DNA of 64,000 bases, from contig CM059452.1 of assembly GCA_030390025.1 (NCBI GenBank), forward strand, positions 8,990,001 through 9,054,000, read 5' to 3'. How positions within the stretch are numbered: position 1 is the stretch's first letter; every line of letters begins with the position of its first letter. Shown here one piece after another: positions 39,175 to 51,100 of this stretch. Under the pieces are notes generated by a model. The model was not told the origin of the DNA. It made no database searches and saw only the letters and a program-made list of their open reading frames with translations. Made by a program: the position numbers and the translations under genes. Origin of the DNA: Squalus acanthias (taxonomy: Eukaryota).

Positions 39175-39460
39175 TGTCATTGGCAAAGGAACCAGAGGGG
39201 CGGGGAGGGGCGCAGAGGAGAAATGTATTTACGCAGTCAGCCGTTGTGATCTGGAATGCACTGCCTGAAAGGGTGGTGGGAGCAGATTCAATAGTAACTT
39301 TCAACAGGAGATTGTATCAATACTGGAAAAGGAAAATTTGTCAGGGCTATGGGGAAAGAGCGGGGCGAGTGGAACTAATTGAATAGCTCCTTCAAAGAGC
39401 CGCACAGACAAGGTGAGCCGAATGTCCTCCCTCTCTGCTCTATGATTCTGTGATTTCTAT
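39175..39460 (+). mobile_element. CR1 3' end fragment
   Basis: ...TGGAATGCACTGCCTGAAAGGGTGGTG...CTATGATTCTGTGATTTCTAT tail. Confidence 0.75.
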
Positions 39461-41380
39461 TAAATTTCTGTTTTTATTTTTCTTGCTGAAAGACAAACCC
39501 GAAAAAAATAATAACCATTCTCCTCCTCACTGATCCCAGTGATGTTTGACCCAGACTGACCCGGCTGTGTGGTATCACTTGCGCACAGCAAGATCCAACA
39601 GAAAGCAGTGAGATTCATCAGCACCGATTGGTCCAAACTGACACTGAATATCTGTGGGTCAAAGTTCAATCTTTTACTGCAGTTTAACAGTTCACGGGAG
39701 CTCCTGTCTGCCTCTCGCTCTATTTGTCTCTTTTCTTCCATCAGTGGGACCCGTTTGTTCCATTTCACTTTAATTTGAATTATTTACAGTTAGTTTCATT
39801 TTATTTCTACATCTGGGTCGCTCACTTTGTGCTGTTTGTGGTTTTTTGCCAGCCTGAGAACTTGTCCCAAAGTCTCTCGGTTGTCGGTTGGGTTCAGTCT
39901 GTGCAGTTTCCGCAGTGGTTTTACTGTTACTCACTGGGAACTGGCTAGTCCGGCTCTCTGACAACTTCAATTCCTTCACCCATTGGCTGATTCTCTCCCG
40001 TGTTCTCCGGGCGGAATTTTCTCTGAGTTTTACATTAAAGAGTATCGCAGAACAGGAACAGGCGATTCGGCCGAACTGGTCTGTGCCGGTGTTTATACTC
40101 CACACGAGCCTCCTCCCACTCTAATTACCTCTTCCCACTCTGACCCCTGTGTCCCTCGATTCCTTTCTCCCTCCTGTATTTTTCAAGCCTCCCCTTAAAT
40201 GCATCAACGCTATCTTCTCCAACTGCTCCGTGTGGCAGCGAGTTCCACATTCTGACGCCTCTCTGTGTGAATAAATTCTTCCCAATGTCTTTATTTCTTC
40301 TGTTAGTGACTATCTTATATTTGTGGTCCTTGTTCTGGACTCACCCACAACGGAAACAGTTTCCCCACGTGCACCCTATCGAACCTCTTCATCATTTAAT
40401 CACCTCCATCAGTTCTCCTCGTTTTCTTCTCTTTTCCACAGAATAGACCCCCGCCTGTTCAATCTTTCCAGAAATGTGTGGATTGCTGCTGATGTCTTTT
40501 CTCAGGAGTGCAAGAAATCCAAAGTTGAGAAAAGGGCCGGGGCCCAATCGCAGCCCGTCCCTCCAGTAAATCTCACTGCCCCGGTGCCGGATTGTGCTTT
40601 GAACGGTCCAGAGACCGGTGTCTCCACATCCCCGCCCGGCCGGTGAAGGCCGATATTTATCTCCCTTTCGGTGAATGATTTCTTGCTGGGTCTAAATGGA
40701 CTTCCCTCCAGTCTGTACTTGTTCCCTCGGGTGTTCCTGCTCCCCTTTATAGGAACATTAGAACCTCGCCCTCACTCGCTCACTGCCCAGTGTTGTTTCA
40801 GTTAACAGTAACCATGGATACAGATAAATTACTGCAATCCGATCTCTCAAACATGAACATTAAATATTACAGAGAATTACACAGAATGTAGAGCACAGAA
40901 ACAGGCCATTGGGCCCAATCGGTCCATGCCGGTGTTACTGCTCCACACGAGCCTCCTCCCACCCCTACTCCATCTCACCCCATCAACAGATCCTTCGATT
41001 CCTTTCTCCCTCACCTACTTATCTAGATTCCCCTTCAATGTATCGATGTTATTCGGCTCAACTGCTCCTTGTGGCAGCGAGTTCCACATTCTGACCACTC
41101 TCTGGGTAAAGAAGTTCCTCCCGAATTCCCCATTGATTTATTAGGAAATATCTAACAATATAAAAATATAGAAAAGTGTCTGTAGTTCGGAGCTTGTACA
41201 TTTCGACTTAAACGAGAGACATGGAGGAAAAATGATTGTTTATACAAAAGCAATTGGAATAAATGTCAGATAAAATACAACTAATTTCAGTCACTGAGTG
41301 TCCAATAATGAAATGCCATCTAGACCTACAGGCGGATCTCTTGTATCTGAAGCCCCGCCGTGTTGTGCTCCACAGTTTCT

Positions 41381-41745
41381 GCCGCTGCAGGTATCGGACG
41401 GACCGCTGCAGGTATCGGACGGGCCGCTGCAGGTATCGGACGGGCCGCTGCAGGTATCGGACGGGCCGCTGCAGGTATCGGACGGGCCGCTGCAGGTATC
41501 GGACGGACCGCTGCAGGTATCGGACGGGCCGCTGCAGGTATCGGACGGGCCGCTGCAGGTATCGGACGGGCCGCTGCAGGTATCGGACGGGCCGCTGCAG
41601 GTATCGGACGGGACCGCTGCAGGTATCGGACGGACCGCTGCAGATATCGGACGGACCGCTGCAGGTATCGGACGGGCAGCTGCGGGTATCCTACGGGCCG
41701 CTGCAGGTATCGGACGGGCCGCTGCGGGTATCGGACGGGCCGCTG
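41381..41745. repeat. 21-bp CpG-rich minisatellite (CCGCTGCAGGTATCGGACGGG)n in the NAR-V/Vdelta intron
   Basis: About 17 near-identical tandem copies. Confidence 0.95.
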
Positions 41746-42246
41746 TAGTGTTGAGTTCCCTCTACCGGTAGTTCATTCACACTGCCCGGCTCGGACTGCA
41801 ATCTTCTGCCCAAGAGGGAGCTTTGTGACCCCCTGCCCTGGTCACAGGGACAGGCAGAGCTCCCTCAGTCACAGTTAACGCCCAGAGCGGAGGCCGGAGC
41901 CTGGACAATCTGCGCTCATTTAAACCAACTGGGGATCAGAGTGAGAGTCCGAGATGTTCATGGGATCCCCGAGGTTCCCGTTAAACCAATGATGGTCCAG
42001 ATGAGTTGAAACCCCCCAGACTGCCTGCTCCGTGGGGGTCTCACACATCTTCTCTCCGGACTCACACCAGGACCCGACCACGGCTCATATTCTGCTCCCG
42101 AACCTAAAACTGCAATGGAAAATCTCCCTGAGAAAACCGCTCTGTTTTACTTTGAAGGGATTGAGGTGATACTGATCTTAATAATAAACTGACGGTAAAC
42201 ATTAACCGGGACAGTCTGTAACACGGCGGGGTTTGGAGTCACTTAC

Positions 42247-42798
42247 CGGCTGTGACAGTCACCACCGTCCCAGATCCATCCACATATTGATAATCATCCA
42301 CGCGTCCCCCCAGGAGGTTCCAGGGTCTGTACCCGTACTCAGCTTTACAGTAATAGGTGGCGCTGTCTTCAACTCGCACATCCCGAATTTCCAGCGAAAA
42401 TTTCTTTTCTGCCTTATTCGTAGACACAACAAATCGTCCTCCGCTCGAGATCCGCTCCCGCTCTGCCCCGGTCTCGGTTTGTCTGAAGAAATGACCATTG
42501 CGTAAAGGATAATCCCTATAACCAACATAGAAAACGCAGGTGATGGTGAGAGACTGACACTCCTCCCTGGTTACCGCTGGCGGGGTCTGTGTCACTGACT
42601 GACTGAAAGAGCCTGGAAATTAAACAGAGAGAGTTTAATGGGCCATCAGAGCCGAACCACACAACGGGGCTAAAACCCAGATAGTGTCCGCAATTCGGAT
42701 GGACCCGGGCAGCTTTATGTTAAATCCACACAATGTTTGTTTGATCGGTACTCACGGGGTAAACAGACACACAGGGTGAAAACAAGGAGGATTCCCAT
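42247..42798 (-). CDS. NAR-TCR V domain, pre-joined V(D)J (leader 42798-42756, VDJ exon 42612-42247)
   Basis: MGILLVFTLCVCLP|RSFSQSVTQTPPAVTREECQSLTITCVFYVGYRDYPLRNGHFFRQTETGAERERISSGGRFVVSTNKAEKKFSLEIRDVRVEDSATYYCKA-EYGYRPWNLLGGRVDDYQYV-DGSGTVVTVTA|GTAAGT. NAR hallmarks are the CDR2 deletion, ISSGGRF, YYCKA and DGxGT J motif. Extra FR1 Cys; no internal RSS. Confidence 0.9.
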
Positions 42799-44759
42799 CG
42801 TTCTGCTGCCTGGAGCTGATGGTTTATATGACGGGGAGCTGGAGACTGCAGCCCTGGACTGCTCTGGGAGACTGTACATCAGAGCTGGAATTTAGAGGGT
42901 CGAGTTAATTAGCACAGCTCGGTGCCCCGGAGATCATTGATGGGCCTCACGGTCCCCGGATCTCTGGCTGTGTGTTGTGTGAATAAGCGACAGGTTTAAA
43001 TAAGGAGCTGCAGTTTTCTGGCCCTTCATTGGTTCTCTGAGGCCGATGTGAAGGCCCCTCCCACATTAGTCTGATGTACAGGGGGGGACTTGTTCTGTCA
43101 GCAGAGGCTGCCGCTGTCCTTTGCCCCGCAGTAATGAGCTGGGAGGTCGGTTCACGTGTTTTATTGTGTGGTGTTTATTGCGGGTAGAATGTGGGCCCAG
43201 GACACCGGGAGAATCCCCCGCTCTTATTCCAATAGTGCCGGGGATTCTTTAACATCCTGCTGAACGGGCTGGCGGGACCTCGGTTCAGCGTCTGATCGAA
43301 GGACGGCGCCGCAGACCCTGCAGCACTCCCTCAGTCCAGCAACTGAGTGTTAGGTTACAATTTGAGATAGTCCAGGGCTATTTTCAATATACAGGCAGAC
43401 ATAGATAATATACACAAAGGTTAAATCTCCCTGTAATTTAAACAAATGCTTCCTGCACCGTCCCCTTCTATGGTTTGCATTTAAAAAGAAGTTTCAATGA
43501 ATTAATGATTGATTTCAAGGTCTCTAATATTCAGAGTTTCCAGGTGCAGTGACAGAGAATGAAGCGACACTCGGAAGGCCAATCGACATTGGAGGAACTT
43601 TGTGCTTGGGGCTTGTTTTAAAGAGCACAGTCACTACTTTGTGAAATCTGTTAATTTTGTATAAACTGTCTCTGACCCAGCAACATACTCTGATCAAATA
43701 AACCCTGTTTACAGGCCGCGATCAAAGGATCCGGGACACTAACAGGGGAGATGTGCAAAGGGCCGCACAATATTGCAGGCAGGCACGGAAAGGGCATCAA
43801 AGGACCAAAGGCGAGTTAAGGGCCACAGACGGACTGTACGTCACACAATCACGGCCGACAGTGCGTCACAGAAACATGGCCGACTGTACGTCACGCAAAT
43901 GGCCGTGTTGGACAAAGCATTGAACCGTGACCTTAGCACCGCCGGATGGGCTACCGCAAGATCCTAAACTGCACTTGATTCAAAATGTGGCCTTTGTTTC
44001 AGCTCTGCGCAATACAACTGCCCACATCTCACATTTTAAATACCTTTTGCCTGCCTACCGATTCACAGTTCAGCATGGAACTGATCCCAAAAGCTAACAC
44101 AGTTTAGGCACCAGTTGCTCACAACACTGAACTGTGTCATGGGACTTGCAATAATGTATGGGGCACCGAAGATGGCCCACGCAGAACAATGATTACTTTG
44201 AGAATCAGGTTTGCTGCTAATTTTGAAGATATTGATCTTTCTGTTTGGTCTCACATTATATTCCATTAACTCCTTGTAGAGAACCATAATTAACATCAAA
44301 ACGATGATATTGTGGGAGTTATGATGAAACACTACAATGCCGCATTTACGCTGCAAGCATCAGTTGATGCAAATTTCAATAAATAAACATTCCTGCTCTT
44401 AAAATGGTAATCACGGAGCGCAGTTCTGAACAGAGTGTTAAGCTGCGAGTTTGGTGAGTGAGGGAGTGATTCTTAAAGGCTAATCTCTTTAAAAAAAAAT
44501 CCAGTCTTCTGTGCGTGCAATTAGCATTTAACTTAAATTTAAATTTACTGTTTCAAGTTTTAAGTTTCTTCCAGGCTTGGACAAGGCGAAGCAAGCTCTG
44601 TGCTGGAGAGCAGGTGAGAGTAATTAATTAATTAACTTGTCTAATCTGGTTCTGTAACTGCCAGAAAGATCACTTATTTAAATCTCAGCAGTATAAATAA
44701 GGGAGGCTAGAGTGCAGTTTGTCACGGAGTGCAGATCGGAACAGAGTGTTAAGCTGCGA

Positions 44760-47700
44760 TTTTACATACATAGATACATAGAAGATAGGAGCAGGAGTAG
44801 GCCATCCGGCCCTTCGAGCCTGCTCCGCCATTTAATGAGATCATGGCTGATCCTCCAATTCAGTATCCCGTCCCCGCCTTCTCTCCGTAACCCTTAACCC
44901 CTTTTGCCTGTAGAAATATATCTAATTCCCTCTTAAATATATTTAATGAGCTGGCGTACACTGCCCTCTGTGGCAATGAGTTCCACAGGTTCACCACCCT
45001 CTGAGTGAAGAAATTCCCCCTCATTTCTGTCCTAAATGGTTTAGCCCTTATCCTTAAATTATGTCCTCTAGTTCTGTTCTCACCCGCCAAGGGAAACATT
45101 CCTTCTGCATCTAGTCTGTCTAGACCTGTCAGAATTTTATACACTTCTATGAGGTCCCCTCTCAATCTTCTAAACTCCAGTGTGTACATCCCTAAACTAC
45201 ATAGTCTCTCCTCATAGGTCAATCCCGCTATTCCTGGTATCAGCCTGGTGAATCGCCGCTGCACCCCCTCCATGGCAAGAACATCTTTCCTCAGATGAGG
45301 CGACCAAAACTGTACACAGTACTCGAGGTGTGGTCTCACCAGTGCCCTGTACAGCTGCAGCAAGGTATCCCTGTTCCTGTATTCCAACCCTTTTGCTATG
45401 AAGGCCAGCATACCGTTTGCCTTCTTGACCGCCTGTTGCACCTGCATGCTCGCCTTCAGTGACTGGTGTACAAGAACACCCAGGTCTCTCTGTACTTCCC
45501 CCTCTCCCAATTTATTGCCATTTAAATAATAATTTGCCCTCCCGTTCCTGCACCCAAGGTGGATAACTTCGCACTTGTCCACATTATAGTGCATCTGCCA
45601 TTTATCCGCCCAATCACCCAGTCTGTCCAAATCGCTCTGGAGCTTCCTGGTCTCCTCCTCTGAGCCCACCCCCCCTCCTAGTTTAGTGTCGTCTGCAAAT
45701 TTGGAAATGCTGCATCCGACTCCCTGATCCAGGTCATTAATGTAAATTGTGAACAGCTGGGGACCCAGGACAGATCCCTGTGGTACCCCACTTGTTACTG
45801 CCTGCCATTCAGAAAATGAGCCGTTTATTCCAACTCTCTGTTTTCTATCTGACAGCCAGTTCTCTATCCACGTCAATACTTTCCCCTTTATCCCATGAGC
45901 TTCAATTTTCCATGCTAATCTTTTATGTGGGACCTTGTCGAAGGCCTTTTGGAAGTCCAGGTACACCACATCTACTGGCTCTCCCCCATCTATTTTACCA
46001 GTTACTCCCTCAAAAAATTCCAATAGATTAGTCAAGCACGATTTACCCTTTGTAAATCCATGTTGACTCTGTCCTATCCTGTCCCCATTTGCTAAGTGCT
46101 CCGCTATTTCATCCTTAATGATGGACTCCAGCATTTTGCCCACAACTGATGTAAGGCTTAATCTGGAAGGGGAGGGGGAACAGCCAGTTGTCGTGATACA
46201 TGTTGGTACCAACGACGTAGCTAAAAAAAGGGAAGAGGTCCTACAAGTAGAATTTAGGGAGTTAGGAGCCAAGCTAAAAAGTAGGACCTCGAAGGTAGTA
46301 ATCTCTGGATTACTACCAGTGCCACGTGCTAGTAAGAGTACAGAGAACAGGATAGTTAGGCTAAATACGTGGCTTGAGCAGTGGTGTAAGAGGGAGGGTT
46401 TTAAATTTTTGAGGCATTGGAACCAGTTTTGTGGTAGGTGTGACCTATACAAAAGGGACGGTCTACACCTGTGCAAAGATGGAACTGATGTTCTCGGGGT
46501 AATTTTTGATAAAGCAGTTCGGGAGCATTTAAACTAGTATGGCAGGGGGCTAGAAACCTATGTAGTGAAATAGAGGAAAGTGAAAGGCAGACAGAAATAA
46601 ATGGTAAAAGGGTGAGGAACAAAAAACAAAGGGCCAAACTAATTCATAAAAAATGTGAGCATAAAAAAAGCCTGAGGGTTTTATACCTTAATGCGAGAAG
46701 CATCAGGAACAAGGTAGATGAATTAGCTGTGGAAATAGAGGTTAATAATTATGATCTAATTGGGATTACGGAAACATGGTTGCAGGGTGAGCAGGGCTGG
46801 GAGCTTAACATACAGGGGTATTCAGTATTTAGGAAGGATCGACAAAAAAGAAAGGGAGGAGGGGTAGCATTGCTGGTAAAAGAGGGGATAAATGCAATTG
46901 AAAGGAAGGATATTAACTCAGTTAATACAGAATCTATATGGGTGGAGCTAAGAAATAGCGAGGGGCGAAAAACATTAATAGGAGTGGTATATAGGCCTCC
47001 AAATAGTAAAATAGAGGTTGGGGAGGGCATCACGAGGGAAATTAGAGAAGCGTGCAATAAGAGCACAGCTGTCATCATAGGTGACTTTAACTTACATATA
47101 GATTGGACTAGCCTAATCAGTAAAAATAATGAGGAGGAGGAATTCCTTGAGTGTTTAAGGGATGGTTATCTGGATCAATATGTCGAGGAACCAACTCGGG
47201 AACAGGCTATATTGGACTGGGTACTGTGCAATGAGAAGGGACTAATTAGTAATCTTGTTGTACGGGGACCCTTGGGTCAGAGCGATCATAACATGATCGA
47301 TTTCTCACTCGAAATGGAGAGCGAAGAAATTGACTCAGAGACTAAGGTCCTGAATTTAAACAAGGGGAATTATGATGCTATTAGACGGGAACTGAGTAGG
47401 TCTGATTGGACAACGTTCCTGGGAGGACTGGAGGTAGATAAACAATGGCAAGCATTTAAAGATAGAATGACAAAATTGCAAAAATTGTTTATACCAATCT
47501 GGCATAAAAGGAAATCTAAAAAGGTGACTCAACCGTGGATAACAGGGGAAATTAGAGACAGCATAAAATCCAAAGATAGGGCGTATAAAATAGCCAAAAA
47601 AAGCGCCAGAGCGGAAGATTGGGAACAGTTTAAGATAGAGCAAAGGAGGACAAAGGGCTTAATCAAGAGGGGCAAAATAGCTTACGAAAGCAAGCTGGCG

Positions 47701-48165
47701 GAAAATATAAAAACTAACTCCAAAAGCTTTTATAAGTATATCAAGAGGAAAAGACTGGTGAAAACCAAAGTTGGTCCATTGCAGTCAGATACGGGGGAAT
47801 ATATAACGGGAAATAAGGAAATGGCAGACCAACTAAATGCATACTTTGGGTCAGTCTTTACGAAGGAAGACACAAAAAACCTCCCTGGGATATCGGGAAA
47901 AATAGGGACATTGGCAAAGGAGGAACTGACGCAACTCAATATCTCTAAGGATATGGTGTTAAGGAAGCTAAAGGGATTGAAGGCGGACAAATCCCCAGGG
48001 CCTGATAACATGCATCCTAGGGTACTGAAGGAGGTGGCCCTAGAGATAGCGGATGCACTAAGTATGATTTTTCAGAATTCATTAGACTCGGGAACAGTGC
48101 CCATGGATTGGAGGGTAGCTAACGTTACCCCACTATTCAAAAAGGGGGGTAGGGAAAAAGCAGGT
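44760..48165. mobile_element. Young CR1 insertion with an inverted 5' segment (3' part minus strand 46157-44760; 5' part plus strand 46157-48165)
   Basis: The plus-strand ORF2 ends at GGREKAGN. The minus-strand part resumes at SLTSVVGKML and runs open to the ORF2 stop and a (TCTATG)-type tail. Confidence 0.88.
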
Positions 48166-48166
48166 A

Positions 48167-51100
48167 ATTTGGTGAGTGAGGGAGTGAAACTTAAAGGTTA
48201 ATCTCTTTTCTTTATAAAATCTAGTCTTGTGAGCTTGCAATTAGCATTTAACTTAAATTTAAATTTACAGTTTCAAGTGTTAAGTTTCTTCCAGGCTTGG
48301 GCAGAGATAAGCAAGCTCTGTGCTGGAGAGCAAGTGAGAGTAATTAATTAATTAAGTGGTCTAATCTGGTTCTGTAACTGCCAGAGAGCTCACTTATTTA
48401 AATCTCAGCAGTATAAATAAGGGAGGCTAGAGTGCAGTTTGTCAAGGAGTGCAGATCGGAACAGAGTGTTAAGCTGCGAGTTTGGTGAGTGAGCGAGTGC
48501 GGGGAGGGAGGTGATCCTTTCTTTTTCTATCTTTGTCAGCTTCCAGGAGAGCAGGAGCTAAAAAGCTGCACAAGTGGGGAAAGAGAACCAGCGGGAGTTC
48601 GGCTCTGTGACACCCCCCAACCACATCTGGAGAAAAATAAAAGGTGACATCACTGGGAAAAGGGTAAGTGATTGGTTGGTGAGTATTTTGCTCACTTCCC
48701 TTATCTTTTAAAGCCCAGGAAATGTATTCGTAATTGTAAGGTTTCATTAGTACTAGTTTACTAGCAGTAATAAATCTTATTAGGTGTAGTAGGGTTTGTT
48801 AATTATTAATTAATAAAAATAACTTCATTAAGACTCAATAAAAATCGGCGATGTGTTGCGACTGCAGTATGTGGGAGCTCCTGGACACCAGTATGATTCA
48901 CGACGAACAAATCTGCGGTAAGTGTCTGCGGCTTGAGGAGCTTCGGCTCAGAGTTGATGAGCTGGAGGCAGAGCTGCGGAATCTGCGATGCATCAGGGAG
49001 GGGAAAAATTACCTGGACACTTTATTCCAGGAGGCAGTCACACCCCTTAGGAGAGGGTCTTCTGATTTGGTCAGTGGTCAGGGACAGGAGGATGTCACTG
49101 CGAGTGAGGCAGATTTGGGGTCCCAGGAGGTGGAGGAGCCTCAGCCTTTGCAATTGTCCAACAGGTTTGAGGTTCTTACGGCCTGTATGGATGAAAGCGG
49201 TGGCTGCAAGGTGGGTGAGCAAACTGACCATGGAACCGAGGTACAGGAAGCCATTCAAGCGGGGGGAGTTAATAGGAATGTAGTGGTAATTTGGGACAGC
49301 ATATTCAGGGGGATAGATACAGTTCTCTGCGGCCAAGAGCGAGAGTCCAGACGGCTGTGTTGCCTACCCAGTGCCAGGGTTCAGGACATCTGCTCTGGGC
49401 TGGAGAGGAACTTGCAGTGGGAGGGGGAGGAGCCAGTGGTCGTGGTCCATGTAGGTACCAACGACATAGGTAGAACTAGGAAAGAGGTTCTGCTGAGAGA
49501 GTATGAGCAGCTAGGGGCTAAATTAAAAAGAAGAACCTCAAGGGTAATAATGTCTGCATTATTACCTGAGCCACGAGCAAATTGACATAGGGTAAATAAA
49601 ATTAGAGAGATGAATGCGTGGCTCAAAGACTGGTGTGGGAGAAATGGGTTTCAATTCCTGGGGCACTGGCACCAGTACTGGGGAAAGTGGGATCTGTATC
49701 ATTGGGACGGTCTTCACCTGAAGCGTGCTGGGACCAGTGTTCTGGCGAGTCGTATAACTAGGGCGGTAGAGAGGGCTTTAAACTAAATATTGGGGGCATG
49801 GGATCAAATTTGGGAAGATGTGGCAATTCAAAGATTAGAGACAAGGCAATAGAGAAAGGTATTAATATGGGAAATGATAAACAGACCGTGACAGGAAGGG
49901 ATAGAGAGTACAAATCTAAGAGTAAATCAACAGATAAGGCTAGAGGTTACAAAAATAATAAAAGGACAAAACTAAATGCTCTGCATCTGAATGCACGTAG
50001 CATTCGAAACAAAAGAGAGGAACTGATAGCGCAAATAGAAATAAATATGATCTGATAGCCATTACAGAAACATGGCTGCAGGATAACATAGATTGGGACC
50101 TGAATATTGAAGGGTTCATGACATTTAGGAAGGACAGGAAGGTGGGAAAAGTTGGAGGGCTGGCTCTGTTAATTAATGATGTTATAAGCACATTGGAGAG
50201 GGATGACCTAAGTTCAGGAAACCAGATGTAGAAGCGGTTTGGGTAGAAATGAGAAATAATAAAGGCAGGAAGTCACTTGTGGGAGTGGTGTACAGGCCCT
50301 TTAACATTAACCACATGGTAGGATGGTGTATAAAAGAAGAAATAATGGGAGCTTGTCAGAAGGGTACGCCAATAATCATGGGGGATTTTAATCTGCATAT
50401 AGACTGGAAAAATCAGATGGGCAAAGGTAGCCTCGATGAGGAGTTCATGGAATGCTTTCGGGATAGTTTCTTACAACAGCACGTTCTGGAGCCAACCAGA
50501 GAGCAGGCTGTACTTGACCTGGTATTGTGCAACGAGATAGGATTAATTAATGACCTCATAGTGAAGGCGCCCCTAGGTAGCAGCGATCATAATATGATTG
50601 AATTTTACATTCAGTTTGAGAGAGAGAAGAGCTGGTCCAAGACTAGTATTTTAAACTTAAATAAGGGCAATTATGAGGGCATGAAAGCAGAGCTAGCTAA
50701 AGTGAACTGGCAAATTAGGTTAAGGGATAGGTCAATAGAGTTGCAGTGGCAGACACTTAAGGGGATGTTTCAAAATACACAGAATATATACATTCCAACA
50801 AGAAAGAAAAATTCCAACGGGAGGACCCACCATCCGTGGTTAACTAAAAAAGTTAAAGATAGTATTAAACTTAAAGAAAAAGCATATAATTGCGCAAAGA
50901 TGGGTGGCAGGTCAGAAGATTGGACAGAGTATAAAAAACAGCAAAGAATGGCTAAAAGATTAATAAGGAGAGAAAAATTAGAGTACGAGAGAAAGCTAGC
51001 TAGAAGTATAAAAACAGATAGTAAGAGTTTCTATAGATATTTTAAAAAGAAAAGAGTTAACAAAGTGAGCGTTGGTCCTATAAAAAGTGGAGAATTAATA

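Noticed and set aside
42299-42305. ACGCGTG before the J as a residual J heptamer
   Set aside because: Poor match, no nonamer at 12 or 23 nt, and the frame is continuous, so it is junction sequence.
42247-42612. Calling the joined V an IgNAR gene
   Set aside because: The next exon is a TCR Vdelta with an RSS, the FR1/CDR1 Cys pair fits NAR-TCR, and no IgNAR C exons were seen.
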